A stretch of 64,000 bases of DNA from Nitrosopumilus sp. Its GTDB lineage: Archaea > Thermoproteota > Nitrososphaeria > Nitrososphaerales > Nitrosopumilaceae. The notes below the pieces were generated by a model. That model searched no databases, was not told the origin of the DNA, and saw only the letters and a list, made by a program, of their open reading frames with translations. Location of the stretch: positions 384,001 through 448,000 of the forward strand of contig OZ250186.1 of NCBI GenBank assembly GCA_965238275.1, given 5' to 3'. A program made the translations under genes and the position numbers. The first letter of the stretch is position 1. Every line of letters begins with the position of its first letter. Below are positions 40,893 through 49,936 of this stretch, piece by piece.

Positions 40893-42520
40893 TCCGGCCC
40901 CTCTGCTGTTCCGTCGCGCCTGACCTCGGCGATCCCCTGGAATCCCCCCTCCCCGGTGTTCCTCTTCAGGACTGCGTGTATCGCGCCCATAAAGAACGAG
41001 TACCTGTCCCGCACGTCTATCTTGTAGCCTGTCTTCTTCAGCTGTTTTATGATATCAGGGGCATGCTCGTCTTTCTCTATGCTGACCTTCCCGTCAAGGG
41101 AGCAGTGAATCCTGGGCTTTGACATGGCCACGTCAATCGGGTCTCCACCGTCAATCACGCGCGATATGAAATGGCTCACGACTGAAAAGATTCTCGAGGA
41201 ACCCGGACTCCCCAGGACCATCCACGGCTCGTGGTTGTAAAAGATGATTGCAGGGGATACGGACGTCCAGGGGATTGAGTTGGGCCTGAGATAGAACGGG
41301 TGGTTCGGGTTCTCAAACTCAAAGGCGGACATGTAGTTGTTGTACAGGAATCCGAGTCCGTCGGCTGCGGCCTTTGAGCCGTACACCAGCTCGATGGACT
41401 GGGTGATGCCCACGGCGTTTCCCTCCCCGTCCATCACCGAAAGATGCGTCGTATCCTCGATGTCAGGCAACTCCCTCAGCGGCAGGTCAGGATCAATGGA
41501 GTCCCGGATTGATTTTGAAAGGGATCTTGCAAACTTTCTGCTCAGGTGGGTCCTCTGGTCTATCTGGTGGTATGTCACGGGGTTGAACTTTCTCTGCGTC
41601 CTGTACAGCAGCGCCTTTCGGAACGTCTCGGCTACAAAGTGGTACGACTGCGGATCCCTTCCTCTAAGAAAGGACCTTTTCAGGTTTGCAAGCATCATCA
41701 GCACCAGCAGCATCGTATCGCCTGCAGAGGGGGGCGGCATGGTCGAGATCCGGATTCCGCGGTATCTTCTGCTGAGCGGCTTGCGCTCGACGGGTTCGGG
41801 TATCAGCGCAAGATCCTCCAGGTGCAGAAACCCGCGGTTGATCCTCATGTCCTTGTCAATCAGCCTGGCCACCATTCCGTGGTAGAACGAGCGGTAGCCG
41901 TTCTGTGATATGTACTTGAGGGTCTCTGCAAGATCCTCCTGGACGAACAGATCCCCGACGCCGTATGGCTCCATGCCGTCCTTGAGAAAGTACCTTGCGC
42001 CGGACCTGGATCCCACCCTGAAGAACTTTGCAAGGTTATTTGCCTGCAGCTTGTGCTGGAGTGGGGTTATCCTGTATCCGTTCCTTGCAATGCGGATCGC
42101 CGGCTCTGCCACGTCTGCCCAGTCCAGCCGTCCGTACGCCTCGCTGAGGTATCCCAGTGTCGCAACCGTACTGGGAACAGTCGTTGCCCTGTATCCGATG
42201 AACCTGTGGGAGTGCTTTTCATAGAACGTTCTGTGCGCAAGGGACGGGGCCCTGCTTGAGCCGTCGACTGCTACGGTCTTGCCGTCAATGTTCATGATGG
42301 CAAGGGACTGGCCACCTATTCCGGACGACTGGGGCTCGCAGACTCCCAGCGCAAGGGCCGTGGCACACGCAGCATCGACTGCGTTTCCGCCCTTTTCAAG
42401 CATGCTCACCCCCGCCCGGGTGGCCTCAGGAAATGCAGAGGAGACCATCCCTCCCCGGGCAACAGAGCATTTCTTGTCAGGGGACGGCCGGAACGAGTCC
42501 TCTATCCCTTCAATGTCCAT
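40889..42520 (-). CDS. ggt: Gamma-glutamyltransferase (cytoplasmic, no signal peptide)
   Basis: GGNAVDAA, EPQSSGIGG, catalytic TTHLSVMD, LGSPGS motifs. Confidence 0.92.
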   Translation of the reverse strand: MDIEGIEDSFRPSPDKKCSVARGGMVSSAFPEATRAGVSMLEKGGNAVDAACATALALGVCEPQSSGIGGQSLAIMNIDGKTVAVDGSSRAPSLAHRTFYEKHSHRFIGYRATTVPSTVATLGYLSEAYGRLDWADVAEPAIRIARNGYRITPLQHKLQANNLAKFFRVGSRSGARYFLKDGMEPYGVGDLFVQEDLAETLKYISQNGYRSFYHGMVARLIDKDMRINRGFLHLEDLALIPEPVERKPLSRRYRGIRISTMPPPSAGDTMLLVLMMLANLKRSFLRGRDPQSYHFVAETFRKALLYRTQRKFNPVTYHQIDQRTHLSRKFARSLSKSIRDSIDPDLPLRELPDIEDTTHLSVMDGEGNAVGITQSIELVYGSKAAADGLGFLYNNYMSAFEFENPNHPFYLRPNSIPWTSVSPAIIFYNHEPWMVLGSPGSSRIFSVVSHFISRVIDGGDPIDVAMSKPRIHCSLDGKVSIEKDEHAPDIIKQLKKTGYKIDVRDRYSFFMGAIHAVLKRNTGEGGFQGIAEVRRDGTAEGPE

Positions 42521-44166
42521 CTAGATCCTTCCCGCAGTGGGGGCATTTGCTCCCGCCGCCGCCGCCGCCGCCCTGCCTCTTCCTTCTCAGCTCCTCGGTA
42601 AACGCAGACGCCATGATGCCTGCCGGAATTGCATACACTGCAATCCCAAGTATGGCAACCCCGCTGGCAACTATCTTGCCCAGGACGGTAACAGGATAGG
42701 TGTCGCCGTACCCTATTGTATAGCGGCGAGCGAAAGTTCGTGCAAACAGATCTCTCTGTAGCATGTCCTGATGCCCTTTCCGGCGCTCTGTCAGATCTTC
42801 CAACATCATCCTCCTTGTTGCCGGGTCCAAGCCGGCTTGTCGAATCGTTCATTCCAGAACCATCCGATCCGTGATCCTCGCGCCTTGTGACGACCTCGAC
42901 ACCTGCAATGGTGCCTCCACGATTCCCGTGGGCTTGGCCGCCAGTCTCCCCCGTATGGAGACAGTCATTATCCAAAATGTTTTTTGCCGCGTTCTTGTCG
43001 GCATGGTGGTACCACCCGCAGGACACGCAGACAAAGGATTCGCCGTTTCTGGACTTCTTGTCCACTATTTGGCAGGCAGCGCATTTCTGGCTCGTGTACG
43101 TGTATTTCACGCGTTTTGCAACGCCGCCTTTCTTTTTCATCTGCCATTCAAGCTGACATCGAAACTCCCCCATCCTGGAGTATGCCATCTCGCGGTTCAG
43201 CCCCGTCTTTGAAGCCGCCCCGTTGGATCGCCTCATCTTGGTCAAATCCAGGTCTTCCAAGAACAATGTAGACAGCCCTTTTGTTATCCGCCTGGCAATG
43301 TCGATCTCGTTGTGTTTTTGCCTGTTTGATATATTTTTCAATTCATGCGCTATCTTGCGGCCGATCTCTTTCCATCTTCTGGAGCCTGTCTGGCATCTTG
43401 ATCTAAGTGATTTCAGCTGATCAATCCTGTCGCCGTCATGCCTCTTGCAGTCTCCCGGGACATTGTACAATTTTTCATTCCCATGCTCGTCTGCGACTGC
43501 CGCAAGGTGCCTGACTCCAAGATCCAATCCGGCCTTGCAGCTGTCGCCGTCGCCGTCTGTCACGGGTTCGGGATCCGGAACCTCGATTTGCAGGCACAGT
43601 CTGAATTCGCAGTCAGAATCTTTCGTCCTGCGCGTGACTTTTTTCGTAACATCAATCATCTGGAATGACACGAGCCTGCCTTCCGGGATCTTTACGCGCG
43701 GCCTTACTTCCCCGAGTCCGGGCAGAAATACGGTGCCGTCGTCCCGCAGTTTTGGCTTTCCGCGTGAATTCAGCGAGCGCAGCCTGGTTGTTTTCCTGCC
43801 GCGCCTCATCAGGCCAGACGGCTCGGTCCACCTGTTGTGCCTGTACGTCTTCTTTTTCCCCAGCTTGATCTGTTTCTTGCACCAGATGCGCTTGTTGTGC
43901 TTGAGCCGGTTTGCCTTGCGGAATTTGACTGCCGCCTGGAAAGCCTGTTTTGAGGCGGCCTCATGCATGCGGACGCTGTTGGTCAGGCCGAATTCCCTGC
44001 GCCATCCTGTTATCAGGTTGTTGACATCAAACTGCGTGATTCTGGGATGTGTGAGTTTCATCATGATCGTCATGTCGTAAATGATGTCTGTTTCCCGAGA
44101 GCATTTCACGATCTTGCGCGACAGTTCCCGAGATTGTGTTATCTTGATGATTTTGCTGACAATCAT
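42502..44166 (-). CDS. tnpB: TnpB-family RNA-guided RuvC nuclease
   Basis: RuvC-I GLDLGVRHLA, RuvC-II LFLEDL, Zn finger YTSQKCAAC..FVCVSC, RuvC-III HADKNAAKNI; the ORF reads through the element end. Confidence 0.9.
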   Translation of the reverse strand: MIVSKIIKITQSRELSRKIVKCSRETDIIYDMTIMMKLTHPRITQFDVNNLITGWRREFGLTNSVRMHEAASKQAFQAAVKFRKANRLKHNKRIWCKKQIKLGKKKTYRHNRWTEPSGLMRRGRKTTRLRSLNSRGKPKLRDDGTVFLPGLGEVRPRVKIPEGRLVSFQMIDVTKKVTRRTKDSDCEFRLCLQIEVPDPEPVTDGDGDSCKAGLDLGVRHLAAVADEHGNEKLYNVPGDCKRHDGDRIDQLKSLRSRCQTGSRRWKEIGRKIAHELKNISNRQKHNEIDIARRITKGLSTLFLEDLDLTKMRRSNGAASKTGLNREMAYSRMGEFRCQLEWQMKKKGGVAKRVKYTYTSQKCAACQIVDKKSRNGESFVCVSCGWYHHADKNAAKNILDNDCLHTGETGGQAHGNRGGTIAGVEVVTRREDHGSDGSGMNDSTSRLGPGNKEDDVGRSDRAPERASGHATERSVCTNFRSPLYNRVRRHLSCYRPGQDSCQRGCHTWDCSVCNSGRHHGVCVYRGAEKEEAGRRRRRREQMPPLREGSRWTLKG

Positions 44167-44411
44167 GCCTGTAATTGTAATTTCATTTTCTTAAAAAGAT
44201 ACCCAAAAAAATTGCACGAACTTTCGCTTTTCACTATAGTCAGCGTGACTATCCCCCACCACATCGATGCCGGAATGCTGGAGAAGACCTCCGGCTGCGC
44301 TGCGTTCTCTGCATAGTACATCAGGCTGGAGGCAAAGATCACGCTGAATAACCCCGAAAGGCCGACAAGGGCTGCAGGGGCTGCTGCTGCCAGTTCAGGT
44401 TCAAGGGCCAT
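42510..44411 (-). pseudogene. Two-TM potassium channel (TTIGYG filter) interrupted by the TnpB element
   Basis: 5' part 44411-44237 encodes MALEP..FSSIPASMWWGIVTLT; 3' part 42720-42510 encodes TIGYGDTYPVTVLGK..CPHCGK. Removing the insert and one TA restores TLTTIGYGD in frame. Confidence 0.9.
42721..44236 (-). mobile_element. Non-autonomous TIR-bounded element with TA duplication carrying only tnpB
   Basis: TIRs TAGCGGCGAGCGAAAGTTCGTGCAA (42721-42745) and, read on minus, TAGTGAAAAGCGAAAGTTCGTGCAA (44236-44212), 21/25 identical; TA at 42719-20 and 44237-38. Confidence 0.9.
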
Positions 44412-46597
44412 TACGCAGCACACCTGTAGATTACGGAGGCGAGCAGCGAGGCCCTCTCGACGATGCTGTCATGGACTATGTATTCCTGGGGGGTGCGGTA
44501 CATGTGGCCTATTGGGCCAAAGCCGTCAAGGGACGGAAGCTCGGCGGGAACGTTGCTGATGTCTGATGACATTATCTGCTCGTGCCGCTTGATCTTGATC
44601 TCGTGCTTGCCGGCAAGGTCCTCGACCATTTCATAGAATGCCGTATCCGATGCCTCCTCGATTACCGGCGGCCTGCTCTGAATCTTCTGGATGGTGACGT
44701 CGAGTCTTTGTGTGCCGGCCTCATGCTTCTTCATGATGTCCCGTATCCTGGCGTCAAGAAGCGTTCCCAGCTGAAGCGTCTTGTAGCTGCATATGAGTGA
44801 GAGGGTGGCATAGTTTGGGGTGTGGCCGTGCGTTCCCTGGGCCACAACAGAGGTGGTCCTTACCCTGTAGTCCTTTTCGTCCTTTGATATCTTTTCTATT
44901 GCAGATATCTTCTTTGCCAGTGAAGGAATTATTCCATGGATGTCTGATGACGTGTTGGATGCCGTGAAACGAATCTGGTAGTCGCCCCTCCCGTAGCATG
45001 TCGTGATTATTCCCCCTTCCTTGCTGGCAGACTTGAGACCCACGATATACTTTGATGTCTTGGAGTAGTGCCTTACCAGGTTCTTGCTGAACTTTCCCCC
45101 CAGGCTGTCATCGGTGGTGAGAAGTATGGCGCACCTTATCTTGCGCAGTCTTTTTGCAAAGCGGAGCGCATGCAGGGCACCCAGCATTACTGCCAGCCCG
45201 CCCTTGCTCTCGGCTATTCCGGAACCAAGTATCTTGTAGTCGTCCTCGTAGTAGTTTACCAGTTCGCTTGGGCCGTAGTGGGTGTCGGTATGGGATACTA
45301 TCAGGATGTCGTTTTTGGGTTCGTTGTGGTTTTTGAAATAGCGAAAGTCCCCCACATCAAACTGCCTGTGGACGTGCTCCCTGAATCCCAAGTGCTTTAG
45401 CCTGCGGGACATGATCTCCCCGAGCTTGTTTACGTTGTCTATGTTGTATACGTGGGTGTTGAGGTTTACAAGATCCCTCAGTGTCTCCTTTATGCTGTGC
45501 AGGTGCCCCCTCAGGTACGTCCTTGCAACCACGCGCAGGGGCTGGGTCATGTCCGGCTCGCCTTCCATGTGGTGGGATGCGCCAAAGTAGCGCATCACGG
45601 CAACGTCAAGAATCTTGTTGATTAGCGAATCATACGTGTATCCGGTGGTCTTTGCAGCATGGTACAGCGAGCCGCCCATCCCCAGGCTGGCCATCGAGTT
45701 CAGCTCAAGGATGTAGAGGTTCTCGTCCTGATCCATTCGAAGATCCACCCTGCTGTAGTCGTTGAGCCCCAGGCATCGAAACGCCTGCATGCACAGCTGC
45801 TTCATCTCCTGGGTCTTCTCGTCTGAGAGTTGCGCCGGACATGTCTTGTCTGTTCCGCCCTTCTTCATCTTGTCAGATATGGTCTGTATCTGGTTTGGAT
45901 TGTCCAGGCTTATCTCGACTATCGGGAGTACGTCTATGTTGGGATTGTTCCCAATTACCCCCACTGCAAACTCCCGGCCCGGGATGAACTGCTCCACCAG
46001 GATCTCCTGCTGGAACTTTTCAATCTGCTTCTGTACTGCCTTTCTGAGGGAGTCCCAGTTGTCCACCACCTCCATCCCCATGGAGGTGGATTCCAGCTTT
46101 GGCTTTACGATTACGGGAAATTCCAGATCATCAAAGGTATCCTCAGAGGTCTTGAACTCCCAGAATCCCGGGGTGGGGATGCCGTTTCTCTGCAGGATTA
46201 TCTTGGTCATGACCTTGTCCTGGACGATTGCGTGTCCTGCAGGCCCCGAGCCTATGTATGGAATGCCAAGCATCTCCATCATTGCCGGGACATGGGTGTA
46301 CCTGTTCTGTCCCTGAATTCCGTATGCCATGTTAAAGACCATCCCCGGGGAGTCCCCTGCAACCACCTTGGGCATGAACTCGCGCAGCTCGTCTGCCATG
46401 TGGATGTCCCCCTCGATCACCTTGACTGTGTGTCCGCCCTTTTCCAGTGCCCGTGCGACACGCTCGACTGCCTTGGCGCTGTAGTGCTCCTTGGTGACTG
46501 TGCCAAAGACGTTGATGACATCATTTGGGTTTATCTCTTTTTCATTATAGATTAGCGCGACCTTCAATTGAGCTCTCTTCTCAAGCATTGTTTGCAT
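44411..46597 (-). CDS. Fusion of Ddl-like ATP-grasp ligase and degenerate M20 (carboxypeptidase G2-like) domain
   Basis: N-terminal GIPYIGS, DKVMTK, IVKP, EQFIPGRE, RVDLR, ILELN; C-terminal SHTDT, GSGIAESKGG, LDGFGP. Confidence 0.88.
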   Translation of the reverse strand: MQTMLEKRAQLKVALIYNEKEINPNDVINVFGTVTKEHYSAKAVERVARALEKGGHTVKVIEGDIHMADELREFMPKVVAGDSPGMVFNMAYGIQGQNRYTHVPAMMEMLGIPYIGSGPAGHAIVQDKVMTKIILQRNGIPTPGFWEFKTSEDTFDDLEFPVIVKPKLESTSMGMEVVDNWDSLRKAVQKQIEKFQQEILVEQFIPGREFAVGVIGNNPNIDVLPIVEISLDNPNQIQTISDKMKKGGTDKTCPAQLSDEKTQEMKQLCMQAFRCLGLNDYSRVDLRMDQDENLYILELNSMASLGMGGSLYHAAKTTGYTYDSLINKILDVAVMRYFGASHHMEGEPDMTQPLRVVARTYLRGHLHSIKETLRDLVNLNTHVYNIDNVNKLGEIMSRRLKHLGFREHVHRQFDVGDFRYFKNHNEPKNDILIVSHTDTHYGPSELVNYYEDDYKILGSGIAESKGGLAVMLGALHALRFAKRLRKIRCAILLTTDDSLGGKFSKNLVRHYSKTSKYIVGLKSASKEGGIITTCYGRGDYQIRFTASNTSSDIHGIIPSLAKKISAIEKISKDEKDYRVRTTSVVAQGTHGHTPNYATLSLICSYKTLQLGTLLDARIRDIMKKHEAGTQRLDVTIQKIQSRPPVIEEASDTAFYEMVEDLAGKHEIKIKRHEQIMSSDISNVPAELPSLDGFGPIGHMYRTPQEYIVHDSIVERASLLASVIYRCAA

Positions 46598-46700
46598 GAT
46601 CTAGTTTAAAAGGCATTGTTTAGTTTCATGGCCCGCTCATCCAGACTCTCTTCGTGAGGGGTTAACAGTTTTTTGGACTATACAGGAATCCCTCATTACC

Positions 46701-47913
46701 GGGTGTGTCCTAGAGACATATACCCCCGGATGACAAAAGATATGGATCGGCAGATCACGGCATCGCCTAATGACTACAAAGAAACGCGATCAACGACAAT
46801 ACGATTTGGTTCAGCAGTACCTGTCTGGTCTCATGCTGAATACCGTGCTGGGAATAATCAAGGAGCTTGGGAATCCGTACGCCGTCAGGCCCGGCCTGGG
46901 CGGCATGACTGCATATCCGCCTGGCGCCATGGCAGCTGTCTGCATCATGCTTGAGGCACAGCGCACGACCTACCGTAAGATGGTCGGCATTCTCCGGAAT
47001 AACGGCACCATGGCAGCCAAGATGGGCCTGGACCGGATTCCCTCCAAGAGCACGATAGCGCGCGCCTACGGCCTGATCCCGGAATGGTATCTGGCAGAGG
47101 CACACCGGATTGCCATCAGGGAGGTGGAGGCAGGCTCCCTGGCAGCAGACAGCACCGGATACTCGTACCTGCGGTTTGTCAGGTGGCTTGACGTCAGGAC
47201 CGACAGTTTTCGCACCAGGAAGGGATGGGTCAAACTGCACGCAATCGTGGATATCCGCACCAGGGTGATAATCGACTGCATGGTGACAGACAGCGCGGTG
47301 GCAGACATAAACGGGTTGTATGTGATGCTCTGCAGGCTAAGCCGGGGCACCGGCGACTTTTGCCTGGATTCTGCGTATCTGGCAAGGCTCATGTGCAACA
47401 TGATATCTGCCATGGGAATGGTGCCCCGCATCAAGCCAAAGTCCAACACCGTACGCAACGCCAAGGGAAGCCAGTCGTGGCGCGAGATGGTGAGCCTGTA
47501 CATGGATGATCGGGACAAATTTGATTCGCAGTACCACCAGCGGAGCATCATCGAGGCAGTCTTTGCCGCCCTCAAGAAGATGTACGGGGATGGCACCAGA
47601 TGCCGAAAACACGAGAACCGGGCAAATGAGGTTGCGATCCGCATCATGTGCTACAACGTCGAGCTCGTGGCCAGATTGCAGGCAAAAGACGGTAGGCTCA
47701 CACAGGATCAAATCGCGATACTTGCAGCGTAACCGGCGCGTCTTGACACGCGCCTCCTAGCGGAGCCTCCGCACAGCGTCTTGGATTTGGGGGATTTTAT
47801 GGGTTGTGGGGGATCGACGGTGCTGCACTGTTGATGCCGACGGGTTCTGGCACCAATCGTGTCTTTGACATCTTGGCACATGGGATGGCATTTTTTATTA
47901 CTAGGACACACCC
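46701..47913 (+). mobile_element. IS5-family (IS903-like) insertion sequence, complete
   Basis: Perfect 13-bp TIRs GGGTGTGTCCTAG / CTAGGACACACCC; 9-bp TSD CTCATTACC at 46692-46700 and 47914-47922. Confidence 0.93.
46770..47732 (+). CDS. IS5-family DDE transposase
   Basis: IPSKSTI, AADSTG, WVKLHAIVD, LDSAY, YHQRSIIEAVF motifs. Confidence 0.92.
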   Translation: MTTKKRDQRQYDLVQQYLSGLMLNTVLGIIKELGNPYAVRPGLGGMTAYPPGAMAAVCIMLEAQRTTYRKMVGILRNNGTMAAKMGLDRIPSKSTIARAYGLIPEWYLAEAHRIAIREVEAGSLAADSTGYSYLRFVRWLDVRTDSFRTRKGWVKLHAIVDIRTRVIIDCMVTDSAVADINGLYVMLCRLSRGTGDFCLDSAYLARLMCNMISAMGMVPRIKPKSNTVRNAKGSQSWREMVSLYMDDRDKFDSQYHQRSIIEAVFAALKKMYGDGTRCRKHENRANEVAIRIMCYNVELVARLQAKDGRLTQDQIAILAA

Positions 47914-47915
47914 CT

Positions 47916-47996
47916 CATTACCGAGTTCTTTATATGATGCAGTGGAATCCATTACCAAGTTCTTTATATAATGTAGTGGAATCCATTACCAAGTTC
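47916..47996. repeat. 34-bp tandem repeat (about 2.4 copies)
   Basis: CATTACCRAGTTCTTTATATRATGYAGTGGAATC repeated back to back. Confidence 0.8.
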
Positions 47997-48104
47997 ATGT
48001 GTTTCTGCCCCAACCGGATTCAGCCTCGGGCTGCATGGGTGACAAAACGGAAACAAAGCAGGGCGATAATGGATCGGATACTTGTAATCGCTTGTTCCCC
48101 ACGC

Positions 48105-48258
48105 TACTCATCCGTATCTTGTATTCCCTGTTGCAGCCTTTCGGACGCATTTTTGTTTTTCTTGTTTCTGCCCTGCATTACTCATCCGTATCTTGTATTC
48201 CCTGTTGCAGCCTTTCGGACGCATTCTTTTTTTTGTTTTCCTTGTTTCTGCCCTGCAT
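48105..48258. repeat. ~74-bp tandem duplication in degenerate AT-rich DNA
   Basis: TACTCATCCGTATCTTGTATTCCCTGTTGCAGCCTTTCGGACGCATT..TGTTTCTGCCCTGCAT occurs twice. Confidence 0.85.
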
Positions 48259-48685
48259 TTTTTTTATTGGAATTCATTAGTTATGGACGGGATTAGTGAT
48301 CTAAAACGTTTCACTAATGATCTTTAAGACGAATGGTGTTTTTGACAAAAATACGGGAAATGCCATAAATGGTTAAAAGAATTTAAACAGAAATTGCGTA
48401 AAATCAGGCCATAGTAACAACAAGTGATGAAGGGATTTGAACAAGCCAACAAACATTAAAAAAAGAAGCGATAATTATTGGGCGGAATTACGTGTCAAGT
48501 ACGAAGATGGGAAACAACATTAGAAGCCATGCGTAATCCCTCCATTTCGTTGGGTTAAACCAGAAAAACCCAGAAAATATTAAAAATTCTGATTTAATTC
48601 CCGTCATGTCAAGCGTGTGGAAACCCGTCCTGCCAGAAATACAAAATAACGTGCGCAACCTTGCAGCACCACGATGTGCACGGAA

Positions 48686-49936
48686 TTAATTGTTTGAAAC
48701 GGCGCTGCCGGGGACGTTTGCCTCTTCCCAGTTTATTACCGGCCCCAGCGTGCTACCTGAAGGAGGTCCTTTCTTCATCTGGTTCCACAGGAGGTCCAGG
48801 TTTACGAGTCCGGTTATTATGTTAAATTCCCTGTTAAAGTCGCCAATCTTTCCTTTGTATGGCGCGGTAAGCCGGCCGTACCGCTTCAGCCTGCCGATGG
48901 AGTGCTCCACCTTTACCCTGGCCGAGTTGACGGCGTGGTTGTGCTCCTTTTCCTCCTTTGTAAAGCGCTTGTGGTTCTTGGTCTTCTTGTGCGGCTGCAG
49001 GGTGTTTGTGCCGGGCAGATCCTTTGCGATTCCCTTGTAGCCGCGGTCAGTAAGGGTGTGGATCCTGTCCTCTTCGGGGGTGTCCTCGTCGCACATCCTG
49101 TCCCACCATCTTCCAAATGGCAGCGGGCTCTCCCTGAGCAGCGTGATGTCGTGGACGGATCCCACGGTGCTGCCGGATATGGCGACTATCACCCCGTTTT
49201 CATTTATGCACACGGTGGTGTTGAGCGTGAATTTCTTCTTCTTGCCAGAATACATCATGCTCCTCATCTGTTTTTCGTCTGGCCGCTGCAGCGGACAGTG
49301 CGTGCCGTCGATCATCATGATGCCCCCGTCAGGCCCGGAAATTATTTTTTTGAGATCCTCTTTTGTCTCCGTGCCTGCTATCTCCTTTGAGATGTTGGTA
49401 GCGGTGGGCAGCACCGCCTCAAGCACCTCGTCTAGCACATCGATATACCGGGACACGGTCGCCTGGTCTATTCCAAAGAATGCCGCAAGCACGCCCTGCG
49501 TGGGGTTGCCCTTTTTGTACATCAGCGCCATGAGCAGCGCGTGCCTTGGGTACAGCTTGCAGCGGTTCCCGGGATCCGACGCCCTCGTCTCGTCACTCCT
49601 GAAGAGCGGGGATTTGCCGCTTTGCCTTATCCACGCCTCGGCCCTGTCAAGCATGTATTGGAACTGTTCCCTGCACTTCAGCGTCGCGTCATGAAGATTT
49701 TTCCCGACTCTGATGATCTCATCAAGGACCTCCACGCGATGCAGCAGGGCGGGCTCTCCTGCGGCTCCGGACTCGGAGCCGTCCCGTGTGCGCCACAGGC
49801 TTTGCTCGTGCCTGGCAGCTGCGTCCTGGCGCTTGATCATGTCTCTGAGAGCCTTGTTCTCTTTTTGCAGGTCACTTGTTTTCTGATTCGACAACAGTAT
49901 GAACCGGCATATTTTGGTTTTAATTGAATGGATCAT
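48686..49936 (-). mobile_element. IS5/ISL2-PIF-Harbinger-like (DDE_Tnp_4) transposase
   Basis: HTH LAAFFGIDQATVSRY, MIDGTHCP, YSGKKK, GSVHD, TDRGYKG, ARVKVEHSIGRLKRY motifs; element ends only partly resolved (TTGACAGCAGGGC at ~49943-49955). Confidence 0.88.

Noticed and set aside
42721-44236. Classifying the TnpB element as ordinary IS605/IS1341 or as Cas12f
   Set aside because: The ends are TIRs with a TA duplication, and there is no tnpA and no CRISPR array.
47916-47996. Possible CRISPR mini-array
   Set aside because: The repeats are directly tandem with no unique spacers, and there are no cas genes in the window.
48598-48615. Second TIR or TSD for the DDE_Tnp_4 element
   Set aside because: Only a loose match to the other end (CCCGTCATGTCAA vs CCCTGCTGTCAA); the boundary cannot be fixed.
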